From the NCBI GenBank assembly GCA_040386765.1, contig JAZKEV010000402.1, forward strand, positions 24,617 through 88,616: 64,000 nucleotides of DNA, read 5' to 3'. Under the pieces are notes generated by a model. It saw only the letters and a program-made list of their open reading frames with translations, was not told where the DNA came from and did no database searches. Numbering within the stretch: the stretch's first letter is position 1; each line of letters starts with the position of its first letter. The stretch is from Verrucomicrobiota bacterium (GTDB lineage: Bacteria > Verrucomicrobiota > Verrucomicrobiia > Opitutales > Opitutaceae). The position numbers were made by a program, and so were the translations under genes. Of the stretch, positions 39,801-49,837 are shown piece by piece.

Positions 39801-41033
39801 TTACGCGGCGAACGCCTGTCGCACAACCGTGGCGAGCTCCTCTTCGTAGTGTTGCCAGGTGAAGGTCTGCGCCCGCAATGTCGCGCGCCGGCCCATTTCC
39901 GTACACTGTTCCGGGGAGGCGCGAAGCGTCTCGAGCCGGCTCACGATCGCTTCGCTCGAACGGATCGGCACGATGAAGCCTTCCGCTCCATCGGTGATCA
40001 GATCAGGGGCGGCGGTGTGGGGTGTTGCGACGATCGGCAGGCCCATCGCCATCGCCTCAAGCAGCACGAGGCCAAAGCCTTCGAACAACGAGGGAAAGAT
40101 GAAGACATCGTGCCGCGACATCTCCTCCAGAATTTCGCGGTGCGGGCACGTTTCGATGTAGCGGACGCGCGCGAGTTCCCGCTCGAGCGCGGGGCAAGAT
40201 GCGGGCGGGCGCCGGCCGATCACGGTGAGCTCGACGCCGGCGCCGAGCTGGCGCTGGGCATCGAAAAGATAGCTGAGGCCCTTCCGCTGGCCGAGCGAAC
40301 CGACGAAGAGGGCGCGGAGCGGCTCGCCTTTCTTCCGGAGTCGTGGCGCGTGCGCCACGCTCGCGATGGGAGCACCGTAGGGGATGACCGCCACCTCGAG
40401 CGCCCGCCCGCTCGCTTCAAGCGTGCGCTTGGTGAACGAGCTGGCCACGACCACGATATCGGCGAGCGAGAGCTCGGCGTCTTTGCGTGCGTTCTTGCGC
40501 TCGCTGTCGCGGTTGCCCGAGAGGGTCGAGGCCCACTCCGGCTGCAACCCGGCTTCCTCCTCGAGCAGGCGGCGCGCGGCGCGCCAGTAGCCGATGGGTT
40601 GATCGTAAATGGTCTTCTTCCCCAGTTCGCGGGCGACGCGGAAGCTGGTTTCAGCGCCGTCTTCGTAAGCGTAGACTCCCGTAAACGCCGGCCGGCGCAG
40701 GCGCTGGGCCACCCGGCGATCGAGCGACTGGTAGACGCCATCGACGCTGCACGGTCCGGTCTCGTGACGGGAGAGCACGCCGACGCCGAGCCGGCCCTCG
40801 AGGTGGCGAATCGCCTCGCGCCACGGGTGGGAATGCAGCTTGGCGGTCAGGTCCGCGGGGTAGCCGCGGCGTTCCAACTGCTTCCGCCACTTGACTGGCA
40901 CGGCGCGGCGCAACAGGGCGGGAGGAGCGAAGTTGATCGTCGTCCAAAATTCTCCCAGCAGGCCTCCACGCTCGAGAGCGAGGGCGGCGTGGCGGACGTT
41001 GGCATTGCCCGTGGGATGGGAGAACAGGATCAT
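39801..41033 (-). CDS. Glycosyltransferase family 4
   Basis: MILFSHP; FVGSLGQRKG, PSLFEGFGLVLLEAMA; start ATG 41033. Confidence 0.92.
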   Translation of the reverse strand: MILFSHPTGNANVRHAALALERGGLLGEFWTTINFAPPALLRRAVPVKWRKQLERRGYPADLTAKLHSHPWREAIRHLEGRLGVGVLSRHETGPCSVDGVYQSLDRRVAQRLRRPAFTGVYAYEDGAETSFRVARELGKKTIYDQPIGYWRAARRLLEEEAGLQPEWASTLSGNRDSERKNARKDAELSLADIVVVASSFTKRTLEASGRALEVAVIPYGAPIASVAHAPRLRKKGEPLRALFVGSLGQRKGLSYLFDAQRQLGAGVELTVIGRRPPASCPALERELARVRYIETCPHREILEEMSRHDVFIFPSLFEGFGLVLLEAMAMGLPIVATPHTAAPDLITDGAEGFIVPIRSSEAIVSRLETLRASPEQCTEMGRRATLRAQTFTWQHYEEELATVVRQAFAA

Positions 41034-41059
41034 GACGAGGCGGTGGCGGGCGTCACCGG

Positions 41060-42238
41060 CTAGTTGGACTTTGAGGCGGTGCAGGCCGCCGGCGTGAGGG
41101 CGGGAACTTTGGAATCGCCTCCCCCCTGTCCGGGCGAGAGGGCGCCCGGAGTTTCGAAGAAGGTGCTCCACACCGCGCTGACGGTCTGGGGAGAGAAATG
41201 GGCGGCGTAGGCGAAGTATTGCTCCGCGCGCGACGTAGTGCCAGACCGGATACGATCGGCGAGGCTGCGGACCGCGGCGGCATCGCTTTCGAGCGTGCCG
41301 TTGGGCGGGATCACCTGGCAGTTGGCCGGGCTCAGCGCGAGCTCGCGCGTGCCGCCGCGATCCGTTGCGATCCAGGGCAGGCCGGCCGACATCGCCTCGA
41401 TCAGGCTCAGGGGCATGCCCTCGTTGTGCGTGGAGAAAAGCACGGTGGCATCGAGGTCCTGCAAAATGCGCTGGAGCTGCGGGCCGGCGGAAAACGCCCC
41501 GTGGTAGAGGACATTGCGGTACGACGCGAAAAACTTCGGGGGATAGTCCGCGCCCGCGCCATGGATGTGCCAGGAGATATCGGCCAGTTCGGGCCGCTGA
41601 CTTAGCGCGCAGATGCGGTCTATGCCCTTCTCGACGACGAGGCGGCCGAGGAATCCGAAATGGAGGCGCTCGTGGGCCGGCTTTGGCCGCTGCTCCGGAA
41701 TCCAGCCGCCGGCCGCAGGCGCGGCCGTGAGATAGGGGAGGAAATGGACGTTGGAGCGCGAGAGGGCGCGTGCGAGTTGCTGCTGGGTCGCCCGGCTGCA
41801 ACCGACCAGCTCCGGCGCGGTTTTCAGCACCTTGCGGAAGCCGTCCGACCATGTGGCCTGTTCTTTCTCGTCCGCAGCGGTGTGGTGATGATGTACGACG
41901 CGCGTGCGCTTCCCGGCGGCCAGCCACACGAGCCGCGCGAGGCCGCTTTGTCCGTTGGTGTAGATGACATCCCAGTGCCGTACGCGCGCGGCGAGCGTCT
42001 GGCGCAACAACCACCAGGCTTTGCGGGCGCCCGAAGCCCGGCCGCGGGCGACCGGCAGCTCGCGCAAGGTCAGCCGCGGATGTTGCATCGACGCGCGCAG
42101 TTCCGCGCCGAGCGAGTTGCTCGTCGTGATGAGCTCGACGGTATGGCCGGCGGCGCAGCAGGCCGCGGCGAGCGAGCAGATGTGCCGCTCCATGCCGCCG
42201 TAGGCGGCCATCTGCGGGGCGTAGAAGAGGAAATTCAT
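41060..42238 (-). CDS. Glycosyltransferase family 4
   Basis: GGMERH, FLGRLVVEKG, EGMPLSLIEAM. Confidence 0.9.
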   Translation of the reverse strand: MNFLFYAPQMAAYGGMERHICSLAAACCAAGHTVELITTSNSLGAELRASMQHPRLTLRELPVARGRASGARKAWWLLRQTLAARVRHWDVIYTNGQSGLARLVWLAAGKRTRVVHHHHTAADEKEQATWSDGFRKVLKTAPELVGCSRATQQQLARALSRSNVHFLPYLTAAPAAGGWIPEQRPKPAHERLHFGFLGRLVVEKGIDRICALSQRPELADISWHIHGAGADYPPKFFASYRNVLYHGAFSAGPQLQRILQDLDATVLFSTHNEGMPLSLIEAMSAGLPWIATDRGGTRELALSPANCQVIPPNGTLESDAAAVRSLADRIRSGTTSRAEQYFAYAAHFSPQTVSAVWSTFFETPGALSPGQGGGDSKVPALTPAACTASKSN

Positions 42239-43437
42239 GCGACCTGCCGGTCGGGCGGCGCAAAGAGCGAGGTTACGGGTGCGTTCGGCAGAGGAGTGGG
42301 AAGGCTGGCGAGAAAGCTGTCGACTACCGACGGGAGAAGCGATGCGGGCGTGCGCCGGGCTGCCAGCCAACGGTCAACGGCGGCGGGCGAGTCGAGATCT
42401 TGCAGGCGGGCGAGAAGTCCATCGTGCGGCATCGGAGGGAGCGGGCAGTGCGGAATCCGCCAATCATCCCGCGGTACGACCACGGGGAGCCCATGCTCGC
42501 GCATCGCCGCTGCGACGCCGCTTTTGCCGATCAACGCCCACGGATGCGGCGCGATGCCGATATCCGCCGCCTGAAGGAGCAGCGAGATCGTGCGGTTGTC
42601 CTGCTCGCCCGATTCGGCGGCGACGATTCCGCGGCGACGCGCCGCCGCGAGGACTTCGGCGCCGTGTGCTCCGGCGCGACCCGAGATCAACAGGGCGGGC
42701 TTGAGCCCCCGCCGTTTCGCGGTCGCTTCCAGCCACGCGAACGTGGCGCCGGGCTGCCACTGCCGGTGCAGCGTGCCGAACGTCAGTGCGATGAAGAACG
42801 CGTCGCGCCGCTTCGCCTCGGGCGGCAGGAAACGCATGAGCGCGGCATTCCGCTCGAGGGGCGACGAAGGGCAGATTGCGATATTGCCGAAGAGTTCAAG
42901 CAGCTGCGCCTTAAGTCCCTCCCGGTTCAACGCCGCCTGATACGCGGCATTGGATGTGTGGAAGCGCAAGGGCCGCATCAGCCGCACAAATTCCAGGAGG
43001 CGGCCGCGCTGGCGCCAGCCCGCGAGCCGTGAGGTCAGCGACTCGCCGGCGGCGAGACCGATCCAGAGCTCGTGCAACATCAGGTGCTGATGCCGATCGG
43101 GAAACGACGCCGCGAAATCGATCAGCGCGGTGGGCACGCGGCCCTTCGGGTGATAGCCGTAAGAGACGAACTGCCAGCTGATCCAATGCGGATTGAAGCG
43201 CGCCGCTTCCGCACGCAGGCGCGTGATGCGGTCGGACCACTCGGCGCGGGAGGAAAGACGGATGAGCTCCAAGCCCGCCTGGGTCTCGCGTTGCGTGCTG
43301 CTGACATGGCGATCATGCAGCGCCACGACCGCGCACTCGTGCCCTCGCTCGATGCAGGCGGCGGCGAGGCAGCGCGTGTAGTCGCCGACCCCGTCACGGC
43401 CGGGTTCCAACGATGAGCAGATGAATAGCAGCTTCAC
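42235..43437 (-). CDS. Glycosyltransferase, GT-B fold (GT4-like)
   Basis: PGRDGVGDY, MLHELW, TFG, KSGVAAAMREHGLP. Confidence 0.75.
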   Translation of the reverse strand: MKLLFICSSLEPGRDGVGDYTRCLAAACIERGHECAVVALHDRHVSSTQRETQAGLELIRLSSRAEWSDRITRLRAEAARFNPHWISWQFVSYGYHPKGRVPTALIDFAASFPDRHQHLMLHELWIGLAAGESLTSRLAGWRQRGRLLEFVRLMRPLRFHTSNAAYQAALNREGLKAQLLELFGNIAICPSSPLERNAALMRFLPPEAKRRDAFFIALTFGTLHRQWQPGATFAWLEATAKRRGLKPALLISGRAGAHGAEVLAAARRRGIVAAESGEQDNRTISLLLQAADIGIAPHPWALIGKSGVAAAMREHGLPVVVPRDDWRIPHCPLPPMPHDGLLARLQDLDSPAAVDRWLAARRTPASLLPSVVDSFLASLPTPLPNAPVTSLFAPPDRQVA

Positions 43438-43446
43438 GGGAGAAAA

Positions 43447-44334
43447 TCAGTTCCGGCGGTAGAAGCGGCCGATCGCCGCGGCGCACGCGAGCTCGAGTTT
43501 GAGAATTTTCAGCGCGCTGGGTGAGAAGACCGGAATCGGCGAGTCGACGTAGTGGAAGAAGGCTTTTTGCGGAGCGCTGGGTGGCCGTCCGGCCAGCGCC
43601 GCGCGGAGAAATCCGCCGCGCCACGGCTTCGTGCCGCCGGCGGCATGCGAGAGCAGGTGGCCGCCGGGCGTGAAGTCCATGGCCTCGGGGCCGGCGCTGT
43701 TGATCGGGATATCGGAGAGCATGAGCGCCATGTTCATCGCGTCTTGATCGGCGGAGTGGAAAAGCGTGTGTGGCTGGCCGTGCTTCAGGCGTTCGCCGCC
43801 GTTCGTGGCCGCGGCCAGGTCGAGCAACCGCTGCCACACCGTGAGGAATTCCAGGTGCGCGCGGGGCAGGCCGAAGAAGCCGGCATTGAAATAGCGATCG
43901 ATGCTGCGGCGCACCGGAAGCTTGTGGTGGGCGAAAAAGTCCGCCCATGCCAGCCGGTAGGGATGCCGGGTGGGCAGGTAGGCGTTGACGTCTTCGACGA
44001 TGGCGAGGCCATCGGAGGCCCACCGCTCGAGCGTGGACCACGGCGCCTTTACGACGATGTCGGGATCGAAGTAGTAGAGCTGTTCCGCCTGCAGGCCGAA
44101 CTCACGCAGGCACTGCTGCAGGAAGGTCGGCTTGTAGTTGGTGAGGTGCGTCGAAACGGTGAGGGGCAGGAACTTGACTTCGAACGGGAGAGTGCGGTCG
44201 GCCCACGGCGGAATCGCGCCGCGATAACCGCACACGAAGGTGCCGGTAAAGCCGGCGGTGTGCAGCGAGTTGATCAGGCCGGCCGCCCCGAGGTGGTAGT
44301 TCCCTTCGAAAAGAGTAACGGCAACCGCCCTCAT
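43447..44334 (-). CDS. Putative GT-A glycosyltransferase (GT8-like)
   Basis: YKP, YFDPDIV (DxD), YFNAGF, DQDAMN, KPW. Confidence 0.7.
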   Translation of the reverse strand: MRAVAVTLFEGNYHLGAAGLINSLHTAGFTGTFVCGYRGAIPPWADRTLPFEVKFLPLTVSTHLTNYKPTFLQQCLREFGLQAEQLYYFDPDIVVKAPWSTLERWASDGLAIVEDVNAYLPTRHPYRLAWADFFAHHKLPVRRSIDRYFNAGFFGLPRAHLEFLTVWQRLLDLAAATNGGERLKHGQPHTLFHSADQDAMNMALMLSDIPINSAGPEAMDFTPGGHLLSHAAGGTKPWRGGFLRAALAGRPPSAPQKAFFHYVDSPIPVFSPSALKILKLELACAAAIGRFYRRN

Positions 44335-45233
44335 GCCACAGCCTCCTTGCGACGCATGCTCCTCAGCAACAAACCCGCCCGGTAGCGCACTTGCTTCAAT
44401 GCCTGGCGCCATGCGCTCGGCCGCCAGCCGGCCCAGCCCGTTTGGTCGAGGACCGAGAAGAATCGCGCCGCCGCCCGACCCCGATGGTGGCCGAGGAGCC
44501 AGGGCTTGTGGGGGCCGACGAAGTGCAGAACCGCGTCGTCGAGATTGCACGGGCCGCGCCGCTGCTCCGCCCAATGCGCGGGAGCATTCCACGTGGTCTT
44601 CAGCGCATGCCACCGGCGGTAAAGGACGACGTTGAGCGCGCTCTGGTCCCAGTGCTTGGCGTGCTGTGGCCACGTCTTCAAATACTCCAGCACCCGTGTG
44701 CTCACATTCTCGCGCCGCCAGAGGTCCAGATTGATGATCAGAAACCCGGCCTGCAGGTAAGGGGCGTCGGGCGAGAGCTGGAGTTGCTCAAGGGGAAGAT
44801 TCTCCCCGCTCAAGCGACCGATGACGACATCCGGCGAGGCTGCGACGATCGCGTTTCCGAAATCGGCCGCAAACAGCGGCACCACATCCCCCTGCACCAC
44901 CATGTCGGCGTCGACATAGACCAGCTTGGGTTCGTCAACGAGCTCCGGCAGCGCGAGGCGCGCGTAGGTCATCACGCTCGATCCCCAGTCCTGGGGCAGG
45001 CCTGCGAAGCGGGCCATCTCGGGTTTGAGCCGGATGAGGGTGTGCGCGCGACCGGTCAGCTGAAGACTCTGGGCCAGCCGCTGCCAGCTTAGGTCACGAA
45101 TGCCGCCATCGAGAACGTAGACGCGGGCCTCCCCGGCGAATTTGGCCTGGCGCAAAGCGGAGACCAAGGCGACGGTTCCGCCCATCGCATAAGTTTCGTT
45201 GCATGCCGTGCACAGCACGAGAGAAGAGGACAT
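44331..45233 (-). CDS. Glycosyltransferase family 8
   Basis: TYARL, YVDADMV, WDQSALN, HFVGPHKPW. Confidence 0.9.
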   Translation of the reverse strand: MSSSLVLCTACNETYAMGGTVALVSALRQAKFAGEARVYVLDGGIRDLSWQRLAQSLQLTGRAHTLIRLKPEMARFAGLPQDWGSSVMTYARLALPELVDEPKLVYVDADMVVQGDVVPLFAADFGNAIVAASPDVVIGRLSGENLPLEQLQLSPDAPYLQAGFLIINLDLWRRENVSTRVLEYLKTWPQHAKHWDQSALNVVLYRRWHALKTTWNAPAHWAEQRRGPCNLDDAVLHFVGPHKPWLLGHHRGRAAARFFSVLDQTGWAGWRPSAWRQALKQVRYRAGLLLRSMRRKEAVA

Positions 45234-45253
45234 CGGTCGAAGATAAGGGCGGT

Positions 45254-46153
45254 TCAGCGAGGCTTTAACAGAGAGAGCATCCGGCACGCCTGCCCGCGCA
45301 GCCACCACTCGAGCCGCCAATCCGTCTCGCATGCGCGCCGGAAGTGACGTTGAGCAACCGCGGGTGCGCCGCGCTGGCGGAGTTTTCCTGCCGCAGCCCA
45401 CCCATGAGCCGCACGCTGGCGCCGAAGCTCGGAGGGAATCGCCTCCCAGTCCAAATGCTTGTCGAACACCGCGGCATCCGCCTCGGCCATTGCGGCGCTA
45501 TGGGTCGACAAGGCGTTGGCATGCTTTCGATATCGGCAGGTATTGCGGCCAGTAAACGCAAAGATCCCACCGGCCCGCGCGCAGCGCAGCCACATATCGC
45601 GGTCTTCGACGTAGCGAAACGCCGGATCGAAGCGACCCGCACGTTCCCAAAGAGACCGTTTCAGCATCACGGAGGCGGGCTGAATGATATAGCGACCCTC
45701 GTAGAGCGAGCGCGGAAACTCCTTCAACACCTCCGGACTCGGATACCGATGCTCCGTCTCGCGCCCCGTATCGCTGTCGAACAAGACCGAGCCGGAATGG
45801 ACCAAGTCCGCCTTCGGGTTAGCCCGAGCGGTGGCGACCAACTCCGCGAGATGCGTAGTTTCCCACAGATCGTCGCTATCCAGCAGGACGATCCACTCGG
45901 CCTGAGCGACCTCGATCGCCGTATTGCGAGTCGCTGGCAAACCCTTGTTCACCTCGTGACGGATGAAGCGTACAGATTGCGTTACTGTTTTGGCAAATTG
46001 ACGGACAATGTCCTCGGTGCCGTCGCGCGAGCCGTCTTCTACTATGAGAAGCTCCCAGTCGGCAAATGTCTGACGATAAACACTTGCGAGTGTTTCGCCG
46101 AGAAATCGGTCCGCCTTGTAAGCGGGAATGCAAATACTGAGCGCTGGAAGCAT
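45254..46153 (-). CDS. Glycosyltransferase family 2
   Basis: SICIPAY, EDGSRD, NKGLPATRN, LDSDD, EDRDMW. Confidence 0.92.
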   Translation of the reverse strand: MLPALSICIPAYKADRFLGETLASVYRQTFADWELLIVEDGSRDGTEDIVRQFAKTVTQSVRFIRHEVNKGLPATRNTAIEVAQAEWIVLLDSDDLWETTHLAELVATARANPKADLVHSGSVLFDSDTGRETEHRYPSPEVLKEFPRSLYEGRYIIQPASVMLKRSLWERAGRFDPAFRYVEDRDMWLRCARAGGIFAFTGRNTCRYRKHANALSTHSAAMAEADAAVFDKHLDWEAIPSELRRQRAAHGWAAAGKLRQRGAPAVAQRHFRRACETDWRLEWWLRGQACRMLSLLKPR

Positions 46154-46167
46154 CGCTCTATTGCCAA

Positions 46168-46183
46168 AGCGAAACTCAGGCCA
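46168..46183 (-). promoter_or_regulatory. Putative sigma-54 promoter at the head of the GT2-to-GT4 sub-operon
   Basis: TGGCCTGAGTTTCGCT, GG-N10-GC, 14 nt before ATG 46153. Confidence 0.55.
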
Positions 46184-46379
46184 ACTCCCTCAAGCCGGCG
46201 AGATGCTGTTGAGTCTCACCTGCTATCCGGGGTTGAAGCTACGAGTTTCTGCCCCCTCTTTTGGGCACAATACTTAAGCTAGCAGGCATGGATTCGGTGT
46301 GCGCCTTACTCGGAAGTGCCGAAGGATCGAACGCCTCTAAGAGAAGGGTTTGGGGTGGAGTCATTTGAGGTGTATTTCC

Positions 46380-46395
46380 CGGCGCCGATTTCGCT
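46380..46395 (+). promoter_or_regulatory. Possible sigma-54 promoter of the second gmd
   Basis: CGGCGCCGATTTCGCT, GG-N10-GC, about 105 nt before ATG 46502. Confidence 0.35.
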
Positions 46396-46501
46396 GAGGG
46401 TGGAAAGTGGCTGGCGGGAGCACAACTCACAAAAAACGCTTCGCTTCTCGAATTGAACTGCGCAGACCAATACTCTGCATTCGGAAAGCTGCTGGCCGAT
46501 C

Positions 46502-47485
46502 ATGACAAAAAAAGCCTTAATTACCGGGATAACCGGGCAAGACGGATCTTACCTAACCGAATTTCTTCTGGGGCGGGGATACGAAGTACACGGAATGGTC
46601 CGCCGCACGAGTAGCCTTTCCCGGTCGCGACTCGTTCATCTTTACGAAGATCCCCAGGTTTATGGAAGCCGGCTTTTTCTTCATTACGCCGATCTGGACG
46701 ATCCTACGACAATGCGGCGCGTGCTGATGAAAACCAAGCCCGATGAGCTTTATCATCTGGCTGGGCAAAGTCACGTGGGCCTTAGCTTCGAAATTCCGGA
46801 ATCGACGTGCGAACTGACCGCGATGGGTACGCTGCGGCTCCTCGAGATCATTCGGGATATGCCGACGCCGCCTAAACTGTTTCATGCGGCTTCGAGCGAG
46901 GTTTTTGGTCGGCCCACCGAAATGCCGCAGACTGAGATGACTCCGGTCGCTCCGACCAGTCCTTATGGCTGTGCCAAGGCGTTTGCCACCAGGATGGTTG
47001 CCGTCTATCGCCAGACTTTCGGCCTATTCGCCTCGAACGGGATCATGTATAATCATGAATCGCCACGACGGGGCGAAAATTTTGTCACGCGAAAAATATG
47101 CCGCGCCGCCGCTGCGATCAAACTTGGTTTGCAAAATGAACTCCTGCTGGGAGATACCTCTGCGGTGCGGGACTGGGGATACGCGCCTGAGTATGTGCGG
47201 GGTATGTGGATGGCGCTAAATCACCACGAGGCAGATGACTTCGTCTTCGCAACAGGGAAGGCTCATAGTGTCCAGGACCTCGTGGAGCACGCATTCGCTA
47301 CTGTAGATTTAGATTGGCGGAAATTTGTAAAAAGGGACGATCGAATGCTACGGCCGATGGAGCCGGTCGGTTTGGTAGGAAATGCAGAAAAGGCTCGCAG
47401 GGTTCTCGGCTGGGAGGCGGGTCCTACGGCCCTGGAGGTGATAGCGCTGATGACTGTGGCCGAACTGGAATTACTATCCAAGTAA
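46502..47485 (+). CDS. gmd: GDP-mannose 4,6-dehydratase, second paralog
   Basis: [49 protein letters not shown]. Confidence 0.93.
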   Translation: MTKKALITGITGQDGSYLTEFLLGRGYEVHGMVRRTSSLSRSRLVHLYEDPQVYGSRLFLHYADLDDPTTMRRVLMKTKPDELYHLAGQSHVGLSFEIPESTCELTAMGTLRLLEIIRDMPTPPKLFHAASSEVFGRPTEMPQTEMTPVAPTSPYGCAKAFATRMVAVYRQTFGLFASNGIMYNHESPRRGENFVTRKICRAAAAIKLGLQNELLLGDTSAVRDWGYAPEYVRGMWMALNHHEADDFVFATGKAHSVQDLVEHAFATVDLDWRKFVKRDDRMLRPMEPVGLVGNAEKARRVLGWEAGPTALEVIALMTVAELELLSK

Positions 47486-47714
47486 TGAGAATATCCATTT
47501 TTTAAATATAGATATTTCGGGAGGGGAGTGTGTCAAAGTTGACGATGGCAGCGTCAATGAATTGGTGAGCCCCGTTGGAATGGCTGCGTGCAGCCCGTGT
47601 TTTCGCGAGGCCGGTCAATCCGCTAAGTACATTTTGTTTATAGACAGTGACGATATAATCGTTCCCCTCTTGACGAGAGCTTTAATCGGGAGGGCAGTCG
47701 TGGCAGGAGGACGG

Positions 47715-48617
47715 CTACTTGCTTTCGGAGTGCTTTTCCATCATATCGAGTATGTCAGAATCGGTCATTTCATCGAATTTGCGCGCGAAGAGGTTTTCGC
47801 TGGCGATGAGACGGTTGAAGTCCTTCTGGCCGAAGGTCCGCGGGTGAGGTGAGTGGGGCGGGAAATCGATCTCGCGCCAGTCTTTGTTCACCAGCGTGGC
47901 GGCGAGCGGGCTGTTTTGGAGGATCGATTGGAATACGATCTCGTCGGGATGGGCGGCGCGCTGCAGCCACGTCCGAATGCGGTTCGCGTAGGAGTCCCCG
48001 GATATATATTCGGCCGCCGGGCGCGAGAGGACGACGTAGTTGGAACCGCCGAAATAGCGGAAGAAATCCGGCCAGCGCCGCCGGTAGCCGTGGACAAACG
48101 GAATGCTATTTTGCCAGCCGAGCGCGCTCTTCAGCCGGCGGCCGAAACCGGGAAGGCCGAGCACGCGCTGGAGGACACTGCCGTGAAGATGCCAGCGCTC
48201 GAGGCGGGCGCGGGCGTTTTTCCAGTGATCGGTTTCGAGGGGGGCGAACCAGCTCAGATAGCTCGCGTCCTTCTGTCGGCTGAGCCGCTCGAGGCGAGCG
48301 CCGCGGGGGCAGATCGGGAAATCCTGGCCGGTGAGATTGATGAAGTGCGACCATGTCGCGGAGTGCTTGAGCGCCAGAGCCATGCCTTCGATCTGCAGGT
48401 CGGAGATGGCGGGGCCACCCCACACGACGGCGCGCGATCGTTGCACGACCACATTGCGATGGGCCCGTGACAACTCCTCGCCCAACTGGTGCAGGGCACG
48501 GGGTGCACGCCGATCGAAGTGCAGCACGAAGATATCGTCCTCGTGCTGAAGGATCCGGATCAGGCGCGCGATCTGGCCCGGGTTCTTGTGTCCGAGAATG
48601 TGATACGCGAAGGCCAT
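47715..48617 (-). CDS. Core-2/I-branching (GT14) glycosyltransferase
   Basis: AYHILGHK, HFD, VVWGG, FINLTGQDFP, GGSNY, PDEIVFQS, FARKF; start ATG 48617. Confidence 0.88.
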   Translation of the reverse strand: MAFAYHILGHKNPGQIARLIRILQHEDDIFVLHFDRRAPRALHQLGEELSRAHRNVVVQRSRAVVWGGPAISDLQIEGMALALKHSATWSHFINLTGQDFPICPRGARLERLSRQKDASYLSWFAPLETDHWKNARARLERWHLHGSVLQRVLGLPGFGRRLKSALGWQNSIPFVHGYRRRWPDFFRYFGGSNYVVLSRPAAEYISGDSYANRIRTWLQRAAHPDEIVFQSILQNSPLAATLVNKDWREIDFPPHSPHPRTFGQKDFNRLIASENLFARKFDEMTDSDILDMMEKHSESK

Positions 48618-48643
48618 GCACCCAGATTGTCTCGTGCGGGGCT

Positions 48644-49837
48644 TCAGTTGAGGGCCGGGGACCAAAGGCCGTTTAGCGGTGAGATGACCGCCTGCGGATT
48701 CAAGCGACGCTCCACCCAGGCGAGCTGACGCTGCGCGACGGTCTCGCGCCACTGAGGATCGCGGAGGAGTCGCGAAATCGCTCCGGCAAATTCCGCCGCC
48801 GTCGAACTCACGACCGCGACCTGGCCGTTCTCGATATCGGCGAAGCCCTCGGCGCCCGCGGGCGTCGTCACCACCGCGCGGCCCCAGGCCATGGCCTCCA
48901 CGAGCTTGATCTTCAGGCCCGTTCCCATCGGCAAAGGCACGAGGCTGATGGCGGCTTCGGCATACAGGGGCTGAAGATCGCCGACCGGCCCCACGATGCG
49001 GACCCCATCGGGCGCGGTGGTAAATGCTTTTCCCACCGTGCCGGCGACGACGAGCTCGGAGTCGGGATCGGTTTTGCGCACCTGCGGCCAGACCTCGCGG
49101 AATAACCAGCGCAGGGCCTCGATGTTGTGACCCGTGTGACCCCCCACGAAGAGGCATCTGCCCTTCGTCGCCATGGCTTGCGGCTGAGGCGCGGGACGGA
49201 CGGACATGGGAACCGTCACCACCGTGCGGCGCGGGCAAAGTTGCGCAAAGGCCTCGGCCTCCCGCTCCTGAATCGCGACGATCATGTCAGCGCGCGCCAA
49301 CAACTCCGCCTCTTCGCGCGCCGTCATCGGCAGGAAGTCCAGGGGCTGTCCGCACGCACGATAGAGGTCGGTGCGGCGGGAGTTGAGATTATGGGTGAGG
49401 ACGCCGACGCGGATCTTCGCGCGGTCGGCTGGCGACAAACCATCCAGCAACGTGAGCGTGACGGTGCCATCGATCAGCACGGCGTCCGGCTGGAGGCGAC
49501 GAATCAAGCGGGCGGCAAACTGCTGCTCGGCGTCGGTGGCGTAGTGCTCTCCAGGATCGGCTTCTGCCTGCCGGGTGAACTCCCCGAGCGAGCGCGGAAT
49601 CAGAAAGCCGCCGATCCTGCGCGTTCCATTCACAAAGCCCCGGCTTACATAGGGCATGGTCAGAGGATCGCGCATGAGGCGCCGCCCTTGGTGCAGCGGT
49701 CGCCCCAGCCATGCGTAGTCGATGGCCACGCCGCTGCGGTGCAACTCCGTGAGGATGGCGTGTGGGTACACACAGCCGCCATGTTGGTTCGCCATCGCGA
49801 GCACATTGCTGATGAAAAGGAGCCGGCCGGAGTGCAT
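48644..49837 (-). CDS. Glycosyltransferase family 4 (Glyco_trans_1_4-like)
   Basis: LFVGG...N, GTGLKIKLVEAMAWG, GAEG. Confidence 0.88.
   Translation of the reverse strand: MHSGRLLFISNVLAMANQHGGCVYPHAILTELHRSGVAIDYAWLGRPLHQGRRLMRDPLTMPYVSRGFVNGTRRIGGFLIPRSLGEFTRQAEADPGEHYATDAEQQFAARLIRRLQPDAVLIDGTVTLTLLDGLSPADRAKIRVGVLTHNLNSRRTDLYRACGQPLDFLPMTAREEAELLARADMIVAIQEREAEAFAQLCPRRTVVTVPMSVRPAPQPQAMATKGRCLFVGGHTGHNIEALRWLFREVWPQVRKTDPDSELVVAGTVGKAFTTAPDGVRIVGPVGDLQPLYAEAAISLVPLPMGTGLKIKLVEAMAWGRAVVTTPAGAEGFADIENGQVAVVSSTAAEFAGAISRLLRDPQWRETVAQRQLAWVERRLNPQAVISPLNGLWSPALN

Noticed and set aside
41034-42263. 820-aa ORF suggesting a fused double-length glycosyltransferase
   Set aside because: The N-terminal half is an Arg-rich off-frame read of the neighbouring GT4; the real gene starts at 41033
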